This document shows, in pieces, positions 39,904-52,561 of a stretch of DNA of 64,000 nucleotides. The translations under genes were made by a program, and so were the position numbers. The notes beneath the pieces are model-generated. The model had not been told where the DNA came from, searched no databases, and saw nothing but the letters and a program-made list of their open reading frames with translations. Within the stretch, counting starts at the first letter, position 1; the number at the start of each line of letters is the position of its first letter. Source of the DNA: Lingula anatina (Eukaryota; Animalia; Brachiopoda); NCBI GenBank assembly GCA_051362555.1, contig CM120642.1:3534001-3598000 (forward strand). Direction: 5' to 3'.

Positions 39904-42900
39904 TATTACAGAAAAAAAAATATTTGCAAGTGAGCTACATGGAGCTATCATTAATATTTAAACTATTGCATTTTATTGTAGTATAATGTCATTGAACTGA
40001 AGTCCAGTGTTACTTGGTCTTTCATATGCCTGTCAAAGAGTACATTTTCACCAGTACATCCAATGCATAATTTGCAATATAGTATATAAGACTATACTTT
40101 CTAACCTGCATCTAACAGTACTTCCAGACATTCTACTTTCCCCTTGTCTGCAGCCATTAAGAGCGCCTTGCCTGCTTCAGCCAGATCCAGAATTCTGCTT
40201 TTCTGAATCAGTTCCTTCAACTGGTCAACATTATCCAAGGCCACTGCTGTTGCCATGCTGCACATAAGGAGAGAAAATACCTTGTAAGCACAAATATAAA
40301 CCTGGCACTTAGAAATTCATCATTTTATAATGTCTGTGTAAGTGATTTTTTTTGTATTCAGGTAAAGTTTCTTTACTTATGCATAAATGTCTGTAACTTT
40401 GTAAACTAAGCTCTGTAAACTAAATTAATTCAAAAACTTATTTGTTTGGTGTTTGTAAAATTCAAAATGCTGTTGAATGGCCCATAGTTTTTTGCATTAT
40501 AAATAAAGCTACTGAAATAAATTTTAGAAAATGAAATTTCTGTTTCCTTTAGTAAAATTTCATAGATTGGTGGTTTGGTAGGATAGCCGAGTCATGAAAT
40601 ACAAAATGGTGGGGAAGGGGAATGGGGGGGAGGGGGGGGGGGTGGAGGGAGGTGGATTCCCTGGCTGATATACATTCTTTCTACTAGACCGGCTGGGTTT
40701 TTTTATGTCTTATAAAGTAGGTAAATGTTTGCAAGTCACTTTAAATCTGGGTAGGTTACATATTTGGGGGTGTGGAGCAGATATCAAGGGGGGTGGGGGT
40801 GGTTGGTGGTGGTAGGGAGGCAATAAATAAAGAAACAAATTTTGCTCTACTGCTAAGGGATAAAGACAAAGGAAAATTCACATTTTGATGTTGTTTAAGA
40901 ACGGTGAGGGAGAAGAAAATTAACATCATAAGGGGTTGACAAAAAACAATTTGGTACTGAAAAAAGTTGAAAGTCTTGGCCGTGGAATAGACATTTTCCT
41001 GAAACTTTCAAATGATTATTAATAATATTTACTCTTTTACAGGGTCAAAACACGGTAACGGTGCCATGGGTATCCAATTTTTTTTTGTTTCATTGAAATT
41101 TAAAATTTTTACATTTTTGTAGAAAACAAATCAAATTTTCAGACAATATAAGTTTCATTGATATACTCCCAGTACTTTTTCTGTGAGCCACTGGGAAACA
41201 TAAAGGAAAAAAAAAATTGTCTCTGACGGGACACATGGTCATATTGGCCCGAGTCAGATATTAGGTTGTTTTTTCAAGTTTTTATCACCCAAATATGTTA
41301 AACTAATCAGAAGTAATAGTTTAACATAGAAAACTGCCACCTATCACTTTTTTTGAGTAAAAAATTATTTAGCACTAGGTGTGGTGTGTCCCGTCAGAGA
41401 CATTTGACTTCGAAAAGTTTTCATATTTTCCACATCTGGTAGGTTGTATAAATGAAACTTAAAATCCTCTTTTAAATAATGATAAGTAATGATTATAGCT
41501 AAAAATTACAAAATTAAAACAATTAACAGTGAATTTATTGCCACATTTTATCATTGTCTCTGACGGGACATTTCCTGTCTCTGACGGGACATTTTCTGAC
41601 AGATGTGAAGCACAAGGTTTTACATCTTCAATTGAATCATTTTCAAGTGTTCTGGTGTGTTACATTTCTTATTTTTCTTTTGCAACTGATCATTACTGGG
41701 TAATTCATTAACCATTACTGATTATTAGCTAGGTTGACTGTCAGTGATTAGGTGTTGACATGTGCTATCAGAGATCATGTCAGAGCACTAGAACTGTGAG
41801 CAGGTCATTCTGTTCACTGCATGTGCATGATTTAGAACAGAGTCTGAAGGATCTCCAGCTCCAACCATATGTTGTGGTATCTGATGATCTGCACCATAAC
41901 AAACAGTCTGTCTTCACTTGTAATAAGGCCATTCTCGAAGACCTTCAACACCAGCAATCATTCAGCAAAGTCCATTACTGGTCAGACGGAGCCAGAACCC
42001 CCAGTCAATTCAAAAGTTGGTTTTTACTGTCTAAACATGGTACTATCATGAAAGAGATTTTGGTATGGAAGCGCAGTGGTACTTTTTATACCACTGCCCA
42101 TGGCAAAGGACCAGTGGATGGGATCGTAGGAGAAATGAAACATCAGGTTTGGAGAGCAGTGCTCCAGAGAAAAATGGTTGTAGATACACCTTATCAGTTC
42201 TATTTGGCTGGCAAAGAATTATGCCCCAATGTCAATGTAATGTACCTGTCTGCAGCAGATATTGTAGCAGCTACCGCGCCCATCAGCAGTCGCTGGGAAA
42301 ACTGTTCATCTGTTCCAGGAATTCAACACTTCCAACGGCTTCAGCCCCAACCCCGTGGACATGTTCTTGTGTCAACCAATTCTTTGTACCAGCAACCCTC
42401 TTAATATGCTAAACTTATTCATGACTGTGGACTTTGATTTGCCTGCACATCCGCACTATGACAATGTTGGTCAAGGCACAGCTCAGTCTCACCAGGGAGA
42501 TTTTGTCATTGCGGAGTTTGCTGCCAGGAAAGGAGTAAAACCGTTCTTATGTCAGGTCACCCATGACACTGAAGACGGCAAAGTGGAAGTCAGTTTCTTA
42601 CGTACTGAAGGTTCTTGCAAAATAATCTTTGTGTACCCTGCCATAGAAGACAAAGCATGGATTCCCATAAAAGATGCCAAGGAAGTCCTTCCAATGCCTA
42701 GCATAGACACTCGTGGACTTTACTTGTTTCCATCACCTGTTAATGTGACTGGTTGAAAAAAAAATCTCTAAAGTGCAGAAAAGATGTGTTCTAAGACTAA
42801 TTGAAAAACAGGAATTATTATGTGAACTATCATGGACAGTGTTGATTGATATTGAGAAATAGCAGTAATGGACAGTGGATTACTTGTACGTGAAAATTAT

Positions 42901-45380
42901 ACTGTGCCTTATTACTGTGTCATAATAATTAATTAATATTATAAACATATTGCATCTGGTGATTTTTCTAATGTACAGAAATGCTATTTTGCAATAACCA
43001 TCAAGTAAGATTCATTAGATACAAAAATGTGGCTTTTTAAACCTCTTTTCTAAGATTTTTCAACAGTGCCCAAAAGTGTCCTGTCAGAGACGTCCCGTCA
43101 GAGACAGTGACTTTTTACACTTAACAGCCCATGCTGCCAAGGAAAGTAAACAAAACTGGCCTGTTTGTGCATTAATTGCTTCCCAAGACTTGTACCTTGC
43201 AATATGAATTACAAAAGTCTTGATTAAATGAAATTTCAAAGAGAATTTTGCATTGGAGTTTTAGTAAAAAAATACAGGGGTCAAAAATGTCCCGTCAGAG
43301 ACAGACCTTTAAATGATTGTCATTCCCACATTTATTTCAATACAAATTAGCTGCTTGTTTCACATAATCCTTTATGGTCCAGCTAAATAAAAATGTATTT
43401 AAAAGTAACCATGTGGATCATTTACCAACTGTAATTTTTAAAATTGTCTCTAAAATGTCCCGTCAGAGACATTTCAAATACCGTGTTTTGACCCTACATC
43501 ATTAAAGGGATAATAACTCTTTGTATGAGATCTATATTTCACAATAAAAACATTGTGAATAACTCATAGAAATGTAATATATTCTGTTTTACCACAAAAA
43601 CGGCAGTTATAGCTATTATTCTGATATCTGAGCTTGTCTTTAGACCACGTGACCTCCATTGATGGCTATACTCTGTTAAAATCTCTTAAGAGATTTTAAC
43701 AAAAAACCAAACTTTTTAGAAAAAAACCAGGGACTAACTTTGAATGTAAAAATGGATCCATTAACCATTGGTAACTATGGGAAAATTGTTGTTTACTCCA
43801 GGAAAATTCATTTTTTGGCCAAAACGAAGAGTTATTATCCCTTTAAGTAATACAAAAACACAGTTACTCATTGATTCGATCACTTGCCTGCCTTGCTCAA
43901 GCATAAAATTGTATGCTTTCAGTGTTGAAGCATCAGACAGAGGCATGGCGTGACAGTAATTGACAAAAACAAAAAAATAATTTCAAGTCTTCACCAATGC
44001 AGAGTAAGGAGTCTGAAATCATAAAATAATATTCAAATTCAGTCAAATACAGAAGGCACATCTTTCACAAGCATCAAATATAATGGAAAGAAAATGATCA
44101 AGAAAATGTATTCCACAGCAGATTCAACCTTTTTTAATGTTCAATAAAGCAAAAAACACATGACAAACTTTACAAATTATTAATCAGCTATACAGGTTAA
44201 TTTCAAACATTCATAATAATTCAAATATCTATCTAACACTTTTAAACAATGGCGTACAAAAACTGATATTTTTAAAATCAAAAACTCAATCCCTACTATA
44301 CAAATTTGATTTTGGTAAATTCTGCTTACAAACAATTTTAATCCTTCATATTCAATTCTGCTTTCAGTAAAATATGAACTTCTACAAGTGAAATATATAA
44401 TAATAATAATACTATTGGCATTTAAATGGCAAAACCAATTCCTTTTAACAATTTCATTCACCTATGCAAATGAAAAAAGAAGAGAATCAAAGAGGCAATG
44501 TCACCTCTTGGTTATGTACCACCAGCTGGATAGCCCACAGAAAAGGAATAACAACACACATAAAATAACTACAAAGAGCAATAAAAGCTTTCAAATTTGG
44601 CCAAAAAATGCTGATGTGGTTTCACCAATTTGTAAGTGACACCATGATGGTACCACCCCAGCGCTGATACTGGTGGTCCAATAAATATACCACTGAGTTG
44701 CTATAGTACCTGACAACACCGAGGGTCCTTGGAAAGAATCCTGCCCTTGTATCTGCCACATTACCATACATTACAGGAGTGCTCTGACAAAACAACAGGA
44801 CAGAGAGAACAAAAGCCTAAATAAAGAAAAACAGAAAAAAAAAATTACCAAAGATAACATCTAAATTCTTATTCATGCTTCATACTGGAAAAAAAATTCC
44901 TGAAAATATCTTCCCATGGTCTTGATTAATCCCGATAGTCACCTACTGAAGTTTCTTTGTGAAGAAAAATACATCAAAAAGATAAAATTATAGGAAAAAG
45001 GATGTGATGATGTCAAAACAAACCATGCAAGGAAAAGAAGACATTTAGTTTAGGGCCTGTTAAGCATAAATGGATCACATAAAAACTGGACAGAATATAA
45101 AAAATAAACAATAAAATATCTGGCATTGAGACAAAATTGACTAATTCAATTCAAAAACTTAAATTTACACTTTCTCTCATTTGTGGACAAAAAAACTATA
45201 AATTTCAAATTGTTTTTTATTTATCCACTAATGAGTTTCTTTAATAATAAACTTTAGATTGCAATAATGTGGATAATGTGACCTTTGACCTGTTACCTTG
45301 CCAGATGTTCAGCTTTACCTGAGAATTGTGTCATGCTTAGTGTTGAAGCCAGCATAGACATTACTAAACACGGGCACCAT
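37443..45380 (-). CDS. Ankyrin repeat and SOCS box protein (ASB-like E3 ligase adaptor)
   Basis: Minus-strand exons 45380-45319 (MVPVFSN..., phase 2), 40257-40106, 39728-39436, 39071-38871, 38309-37443 are phase-consistent. Multiple ankyrin repeats (GYTPFILAAQNGH, GSALHWAVANGH, GRTAVMLAARNG, GYNALHHAAVEG, GCTPLMLAARGGH) and a C-terminal SOCS box SLKNLCRARIREVLG...LPLPKRIIEYV. The start codon could alternatively be at 40256. Confidence 0.88.
39734..39768. repeat. (TA)n microsatellite abutting an ASB splice acceptor
   Basis: TA run directly upstream (minus strand) of accag|GCACC. Confidence 0.9.
41042..43494 (+). mobile_element. Degenerate, internally deleted Sola2-like DNA transposon in an ASB intron
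   Basis: Perfect 16-bp TIR GGGTCAAAACACGGTA / TACCGTGTTTTGACCC with 4-bp TSD TACA (41038-41041, 43495-43498). Transposase remnant at 41760-42756 with SDDLHH...WSDGA..SQFK...HGKGPVDG. GRG termini and a 4-bp TSD are described for Sola2. Confidence 0.82.
41760..42756 (+). pseudogene. Frameshifted Sola2-type transposase C-terminal half plus C-terminal beta-rich (SH3/Tudor-like) domain
   Basis: Motifs are split across ORFs 41760-42404, 42065-42412 (MEAQWYF) and 42355-42756 (GDFVIAEF...VEVSFL...FVYPAIEDKAW). The N-terminal half is missing. Confidence 0.72.
43506..43842. mobile_element. Kolobok-like MITE (TTAA TSD), copy 2
   Basis: TTAA|AGGGATAATAACTCTT ... AAGAGTTATTATCCCT|TTAA; homologous along its length to 9343-9679. 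Confidence 0.88.
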
Positions 45381-45433
45381 TGCTAATGAAGGCAATGAGC
45401 TGCAAGCTGCAACTGGAATAAAGATAAACTATA

Positions 45434-46336
45434 AAAGGTACAGGAGAAGATCAGCATTGGTCAGAATTGTGCTGGAAGTGATGTGTAGTGGTCTAAGACG
45501 TAAAGCTGAGTGGTCATTTTTAGCTGGAGGTGAATGGGAATGAAGATGTGGGCTTAGAGAAAAAAGCAGTTATTCTAACAACATGGTAAGATAACATTTT
45601 ATCTTTATGCATTTGGGGCAGAGAATACTTGTAGAAATAATAGGCACATGATATTAAAATGTGTCATGGAACTTGAAGGTGCAAAATCACAGTTAATTTG
45701 CAGACAACTTGTTTTGAAATACATGCTGCATTGACTGCCAGCGCGACAAAGATGGTAAAGGGAAAGGAATTGCCGGGAGACATCTTTGCACAGCAGTCAT
45801 AGATCGGTACGATTCAGTAGTTAGTTACGAACTACTTCCTGGTTTTCACAAGGTCCTTCAAATACTCTAAAACATCATTATTAGTGCAGCACATACCATA
45901 AAACACCCAAAAATACTTAGATATGGACATATCAGGTTATATATATGTCAAAATTCTAAATGACAATGATTTATAGTCTCCCGGGATTTCCTTTCCCTTT
46001 ACGCTCTTTGTCGTGCTGGCGGTCGGTGCAGCATCTATTTCAAAATACAAGTTGTCTGTAAATTAACCACGATTTTGCACAGGTCTTCAAGTTCCATGAC
46101 ACGTTTTCATATCATGTGCCTATTATTTCTACAAGTATTCTATGCCCAAAATGCGTAAAGAAGAAAAGTCATCTTACCATGTTGTTTGAAAAACTGCTTT
46201 TTTCTCCGAGTCCATGTCTTCTCTCCCGTTCACCTCTGGACAGCTAAATATGACCACTCAGCTTTACGTCTTACACCACTACACGTCACTTCTGACACAA
46301 TTCTGACCAATGCTGATCTTCTCCGGTATCTTTTAT
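45434..46336. mobile_element. ~900-bp foldback MITE with ~350-bp imperfect arms
   Basis: 45434-~45785 is the reverse complement of ~45975-46336 (e.g. ggagaagatcagcattggtcagaattgtg / cacaattctgaccaatgctgatcttctcc; cttgtagaaataataggcacatgatat / atatcatgtgcctattatttctacaag). Confidence 0.85.
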
Positions 46337-46363
46337 TGCATGCCCATTTAACAAAAGAACATT

Positions 46364-46440
46364 CAACAGAACACCTGCCACTTATGCACTCAACAGAACA
46401 CCTGCCACTTATGCATTTAACAGAACACCTGCCACTTATG
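46364..46440. repeat. Tandem repeat, 3 x ~27 bp (aacagaacacctgccacttatgca...)
   Basis: Three visible copies; they produce the TEHLPLMH repeat in spurious ORF 46186-46527. Confidence 0.85.
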
Positions 46441-47330
46441 TTGTATGTTCTGTCTTTTAAGACATTAAAATATTTCTTTCAATTCTTTTCGAGGCTAAAA
46501 TGTGATTGCTTTATGTGCTTAATGTAATCAAATTTGTTTTTTTCTTTCAAATTTAATATAAATCACAGCGATCAATTTAACACAGAACAATTAAACCAAG
46601 GAGTTTCTACATCTTGTGTTTATTGAAATTCCTTGGTTTTACTTTTGTACACGTCAGATGGCAGAACAAGAGTTCCCTCTCAAAAAGGTTTACACTATAA
46701 GGTATGACATTTGTTTAAAAATAATAAATCAACCTTTTTTTTCTTGCACTGTAGTGCACTAGTGTGGTAGTATATACATTATATTTAGGAGGTTCATTGA
46801 CAAACCATGGTGACAGCCAAGAGTGCGTGTTTGACTTCAGGAGGTGAGAGGTAGTATTACTGGTGAAAGAAAAAGATTTGAAAGCCCTCCCATTAAACTT
46901 CATGCTTAAGCACATACAGTTTATATCATAAACAATAAATAGAAGCACTAATTTATGAAACTTACTGTACCAGTAAACTGAGCATCCTTATATTGACACG
47001 CCACGAAGTATATTAAAGCGAGGTTTTTAAAACAAGTAATGTGTAATAATCACATATCCTCTTTTGAAAATGTCGAAACTTCACATCGTGGCTTAACTTT
47101 AAAACAACCCAAGCATATTTTTGCATTTTGTTCAAGGTCAGAGAATGAACAAAGGATCGCCGGGATCGAATGAATTACCCGTAAACCGCAATGTCTAAAC
47201 AATGAATAACAACAAAAAGCTAGGTATTTTGCGTTTAACACATCAAAAGTCCTTTAAGTTCTTGTCGTCATTAAGAAACTATCAAATAAAAGATAACATG
47301 TCTTCTGTATAATCGACTGCTTCTACCTAC

Positions 47331-47415
47331 CTCTATAAAATGCACCGCTATAAATAGAGCATTTCCTTGTGATTCTCGGGTCGTGTTTCAATATTGCGGT
47401 AGTGGGGAGAGGACG
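47331..47415 (-). other. Putative non-coding first exon/promoter region of the ASB gene
   Basis: Minus-strand donor GAG|GTAGGT at 47331/47330 in a locally CpG-richer stretch, upstream of the 45412 acceptor (tttattccag). Inferred, with no transcript evidence. Confidence 0.45.
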
Positions 47416-47540
47416 CAGACTCGCTTTAGGAGAAACCGGCAATCCAGGTCAGAAAATGGCGGAAACGGCAAATCAGGACACAGGCAAATCAGGACAGTAA
47501 TAGATGGCGCAGCAGTAGAACATCAACAATACTAGAATTA

Positions 47541-48551
47541 GGCCACACTTTTTTTATTTTTATGGATGACATCCTCTGGGTACCCCAAAATCGGTGCGAG
47601 AGGGCGAAAAAAAAAAAAAAAAAAAAAACAGTCCAAAAAAAAAAAAAAAAAAAAAAATACTGCTTAAGTAACGGAATGCTGTCAGTACACAGCTGGAAAC
47701 ACAATTAAATTTTACCATAGAAACACGTATCAAACTAACAATATGTCTTTATCCATGCTCTCAAAATATTAAAGCATTGTTTATACTTCGTAGAAATGTT
47801 AAAAAAAGTCATGAATAGATATACTTCATATTACCAAATGTATTTAAGGTTATTTCATGAATTTAGTTGGTATAGCAATCAATAAAACAAATATCAATCA
47901 AACAGTGTGTCTTTATTTGTATTCTCAGAATATTAAAGCATTCTGAACATTTCACAGAAATGTTTAAAAAATGATGCAAAGATATGCTTAATACTACCAA
48001 ATCTATTAAAGGTCATTTCGGACGATGCCATTTTGTCTACTTCAACTCACATGAAGCAGCCAAACTGTCAGGTGGCCTGTCCGACCTTCAGCCCACCAAA
48101 TACCTCGACGCCCTTGTCGAACCTTTTTTCGCTACAGAAAACCTGGTAATGTGCTGCTTTGTACAGATCGAATGTCACAGAACTTTTTCGGGCGATAATT
48201 GCTGGCCGCCGCCAGCCTTTCGCACAATTGTAAAAAGGTGATATCTCCATGCCCAATATCAATGGCATACCAATCCAAAACGACGGCGCCCGTTCTCTTT
48301 ATGACTTTTATTGAAAGTAATCCTAGAGATGAATTTGACGGCAAAGTGGCCGCATTTCCACGTGGCGATAATACGCATGCGCAGAAATCTCACTTCCTGG
48401 CAAATTCAATAACGACGTTTGCGACAACCGACTTCGTTAGGGCCTGGGTGGGGGGGGGGGGGGGATTTTTTTTTTTTTCTTTTTTTTTTGATAACGGGCG
48501 AAAATCGGTGCGCGCGCAGGATGTCATCCATAAAAATAAAAAAGTGTGGCC
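47541..48551. mobile_element. PIF/Harbinger-like non-autonomous element
   Basis: ~33-bp TIR GGCCACACTTTTTTTATTTTTATGGATGACATCC / GGATGTCATCCATAAAAATAAAAAAGTGTGGCC with 3-bp TSD TTA on both sides. Confidence 0.88.
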
Positions 48552-48727
48552 TTAGCAAGGAGAGGGATTTTGCTTTTAATTAAATAATACGTGAACCTTT
48601 TCTAGAACTTGATTCACTTTAGTATTAAGTATCTTATTATGATACACCCAATATAAGCCCTACCAATTTAATTTAAGCGTTATTATATCCAAGACTTTTA
48701 AGCAACAGTACGTGGCATATGGGTAGG

Positions 48728-48859
48728 CCTACCCTCTACCAGGGCGACAGATTGATTTTCCACAGATATTCACAGATATATCTAAAGATAAATAGACTGT
48801 CATTTTGGCTCTCAGCAAAAAATGTCCACAATAATAACTGCGGCCCTGGTAGAGAGTAG
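48728..48859. mobile_element. ~130-bp mini inverted-repeat element
   Basis: ctaccctctaccagggc ... gccctggtagagagtag inverted repeat. Confidence 0.6.
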
Positions 48860-49229
48860 CATATGAGTATGTACGGTACGTGGTTTTAAGTTCACGCCCA
48901 TCACTCAATCAAATAATATAGAGAGAGAGCAACAACGAAAAAAGGTTTAGTTAAAAGAAAATTCACTTTTGCATTGTTAATGTATAGGCCTACTGAATCC
49001 CTATATAATGCATGCATGTATGAAGAAGTTATTATATAGAAAAAAACAGTAGGCCTTATATTTACCCGGACCCTGGACTCGTGTTAATTCAAAATATATT
49101 ACCATCATCAACATCAAAAAGGCAATAAATTTCAGAACAAAATTAAACAATGTTGAACAGATAGGCCTATAACAAAGAAGGGGACAAATTTGCATTTGTA
49201 AAACAAATAAAAAATAAACGTTAATAATT

Positions 49230-50221
49230 TCTTAAACCGCCGTACATATAGCCCACCAGATGTGCAGAGATAAGAGGTCATTTTAGAGGCGATATCAAAA
49301 AGTTATTTACGTATCTCCCCCCTTCTCTCTCTCTCTCTGATCTTTCAATGGGTTATCTGATATCATAGATAATTATTTTTATCCATTTCTTTATAAGATT
49401 AGATCTTTACAAATTTTAAAAAGTAACAAAGAAATGCAGTGGGATATTTAACAGATATGTCAAGGAGACAGTTATTTTTACAAATCGCTGTAAAATGTGG
49501 AAAAAAAAAGAAATAACAATAATTTTAACGTAAAAGATTTACTGTCCTGATTTGCCGTTTTCTCCCAAATGTAACTGATACCACATGAGTGGTGAAGTCA
49601 TTAGAGAAAGCAAACGCAGGAGTTGAATGCCTTTCAACGCCGCCCCCCCCTCCTGCTTCTTAACACAGCTCTCTTTCTCTTCCTTTCTCACACACTTTCT
49701 CTCTCTAATCCTTCAATAGGTTTTCTGCTTTATTTCCTTTATTTATTTTTCCTTCCTCTACGAGATTATATATTTTTTTAAAAGAAAAAAAATGTGGGAC
49801 ATTTAACAGATACACTGTATGTCTAGGAGACACTTTTTTTACAAATCATTGTAAAATGTGAAGAAAAAAAGGAAGTAACAATAACATTAACGTAAAAGAT
49901 TTACTGTCCTGATTTGCCGTTTTCTCCCAAATGTAACTGATACCACATGAGTGGAGAAGTCATTAGAGAAAGCGAACGCAGGAGTTGAAAGGCATTTAAC
50001 GCCCCTCCTGCTTCTTCCCACATCTGTTTCTCTTTGTCTCTCTCTCCCATTCTCACACACTTTCTCTCTCTAATCCTTCAAAAGATTTTCTGCTTTATTT
50101 CCTTTTCTTATTTTTCCTTTCTCTAAAAGATTATATATTTTTTAAAAGTTGTGGGACATTTGACAAATACACTGTATGTCTAGGAGACAAACTCATTTAA
50201 CGCTCCTCCTGCTTCTTCCCA

Positions 50222-50257
<36 letters not shown>

Positions 50258-51845
50258 CTTTCAATAGGCTGTCAGCTTTAATTTCTGAACCATTTTTTTA
50301 TATATGATTTTTATATAAGATTATATAAAAAATTACAAAAAATGCAGTGGGATATTTAACAGATATGTCTAGCAGACAATATTTTTTACAAATCTTGGTA
50401 AAAGTGAAAAAAAGAAAGAATCAAAAATATTAACCTAAAATATTTCCTGGCCCACTCTGCCGGTTTCTCCCAAATGTAACAAATACTACATACGTGTAGA
50501 GAGTCCTTTATAGCAAGCAAGCGATCGAATTTGTAAGGGTCTGTTTACTGCCTCAAGGAACCGGTGTCAAAATGAATTAGAACTTTTAACCCCTGAAAGG
50601 TTGCATTCATTCATTAGATCTAAGGTTTGTCTACAAAAGTATCTTGATATCATAACACCAGCTCCGTTTTCAATTTATGCATATTATAGTGGACTTCTAG
50701 TTTTAAGGGTATAAAGATCATGCTGACATCAGTTATATCTCCTTGGCTGGTTAAGAAGATCGAGAAGTTATAACTTCTTGAGAAGATACATGTAGCCACC
50801 CTGGTAATCTCATCCGCAACCCCCCTTCTCTCTCTCTCTCTCACACACACACGCGTATACACACACACACACGCACACACACACTATTTCTCTTTCTCCT
50901 TAATTCTCCCTCTCGGCTTTCAATACGTTATCTGCTTTTATTCACAAAACCATTAAATTCATTTCTCTATAAGAATATATAATTAAAAATGAAAAAAATA
51001 GTGAGATATTCAGCGCATATATCAAGGAGACAACATATCTATAGAAAAGATTTCCTGACTCACCGTGCCGTTTTCTCCCTAATGTAACTGATACCAGAAG
51101 CAAGGAGAGGTTATGATAGAAGGAAAACACAGAAGTTAAAAGGTATTTCCCCTGCCCCATTTCTCCTTCCTCTATCTCTCTCTTTCTCTCTATCTTGTCT
51201 TTCTTTCAATAAGTTATCTCCATTATTTTTTTTAAATCACATAATTTATTTCTCTATAAGATGTTATAGTTAGAAAAAAAAAACAAACAAACAAGAAATG
51301 TTGGATGTGTTGAAGAGATATATTAAGGAGACTAATTATGTACTTTGTAAAAACTTGTATAGACGGTCGTCTGTGCTAGGTAAAAATAATTTTAAAAAAT
51401 TATGAAAATATTAAGGAAAAGATTTCCTGACCCGCCGTGTCGTTTTCTCCCAAATATGACTAATACCAGATGTGTGGAGAGGCTATAATAGAAAGCGAAC
51501 AAAAAGATTGAGAGGTATTTACCCCCCTTCCCCCCCCCCCCCCCCCCCGCTCTCTTCCTTCTTTCGCATACATAAGTTATTGCTTAGTTCACCCAAAAAA
51601 AATCCATTTCTTTGTATGATGACATCGTCTATCCTATAGTTAAAACAACAAAAAAAAGGAAATTAATTACCCGCATAATTTGTAAGATATTAAAACGCCC
51701 TCCGCTTCTCTCTTTCTCTCTCTCTCTATCTCTCTCTCTCTTAAGTGAAAAAGACAAAAAGAAGGGAAAAGATTCTCTCAACCCCCGTGTCGTTTTCTCC
51801 CAAATGGAGCATATTCCATATGTTGAGAGCGAGCGCAGGAGTTGT
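49230..51845 (+). repeat. Satellite array, left arm (~6 diverged units, ~350-600-bp spacing)
   Basis: Core ccgttttctcccaaatg(taactgataccacatgag) at ~49555, 49917, 50460, 51068, 51440 and 51790; most units carry a CT/CA microsatellite. Confidence 0.85.
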
Positions 51846-51950
51846 AACATATAAAATATTGTCTTCTCCACATATCTGTTAAATATCGCACTGCATTTAT
51901 TGTAATTTTTTTATTATATCATATTATATAGAATTGAAAAAAGGAAGTAA

Positions 51951-52164
51951 GGGCGCATCCCCATAGATTTTAGATCGATCTATCCTCGTGGGGAGTCTCA
52001 CTAGATTACTGTCAAATAATCCGGCTTAAATGTCCGTCCCGCCTACTACAAGCTGTAAGGGGGTAATTAACTTTCGTGCCCGCTCGGCTGACAGCTATTT
52101 AGCGTGAACACCCAGGGAGTTAGGTCGATCTAGTTGGATCGATCTAATCTCTGAGAATGGGGTC
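51951..52164. mobile_element. Harbinger/Tourist-like MITE nested in a satellite unit
   Basis: TAA TSD splits the unit motif aaggaa(g)taa|agcaga. Imperfect TIRs GGGCGCATCCCCATAGATT..AGATCGATC / GATCGATCTAATCTCTGAGAATGGGGTC. Confidence 0.7.
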
Positions 52165-52199
52165 TAAAGCAGACAACCTATTGAAAGATCAGAAAGAGA

Positions 52200-52239
<40 letters not shown>

Positions 52240-52561
52240 CAGAGAGTGAGAGAGAGACAAAGAGAAACAGATGTGGGAAGATACAGGAGGGGCGTTCAAT
52301 GCCTTTTTAAAATATATAATCTTGTGGAGAAAGGAAAAAATAAGTAAAGGAAATAAAGCAGAAAATCTATTGAAGGATTAGAGAGAGAAAGTGTGTGAGA
52401 AAGGAAGAGAAAGAGAGCTGTGTTAAGAAGCAGGAGGGGGGGGCGTTGAATGCCTTTCAACTCCTGCGTTCGCTTTCTCTAATGACTCCTCCACTCATTT
52501 GGTATCAGTTACATTTGGGAGAAAACGGCAAATCAGGACAGTAAATCTTTTACGTTAATAT

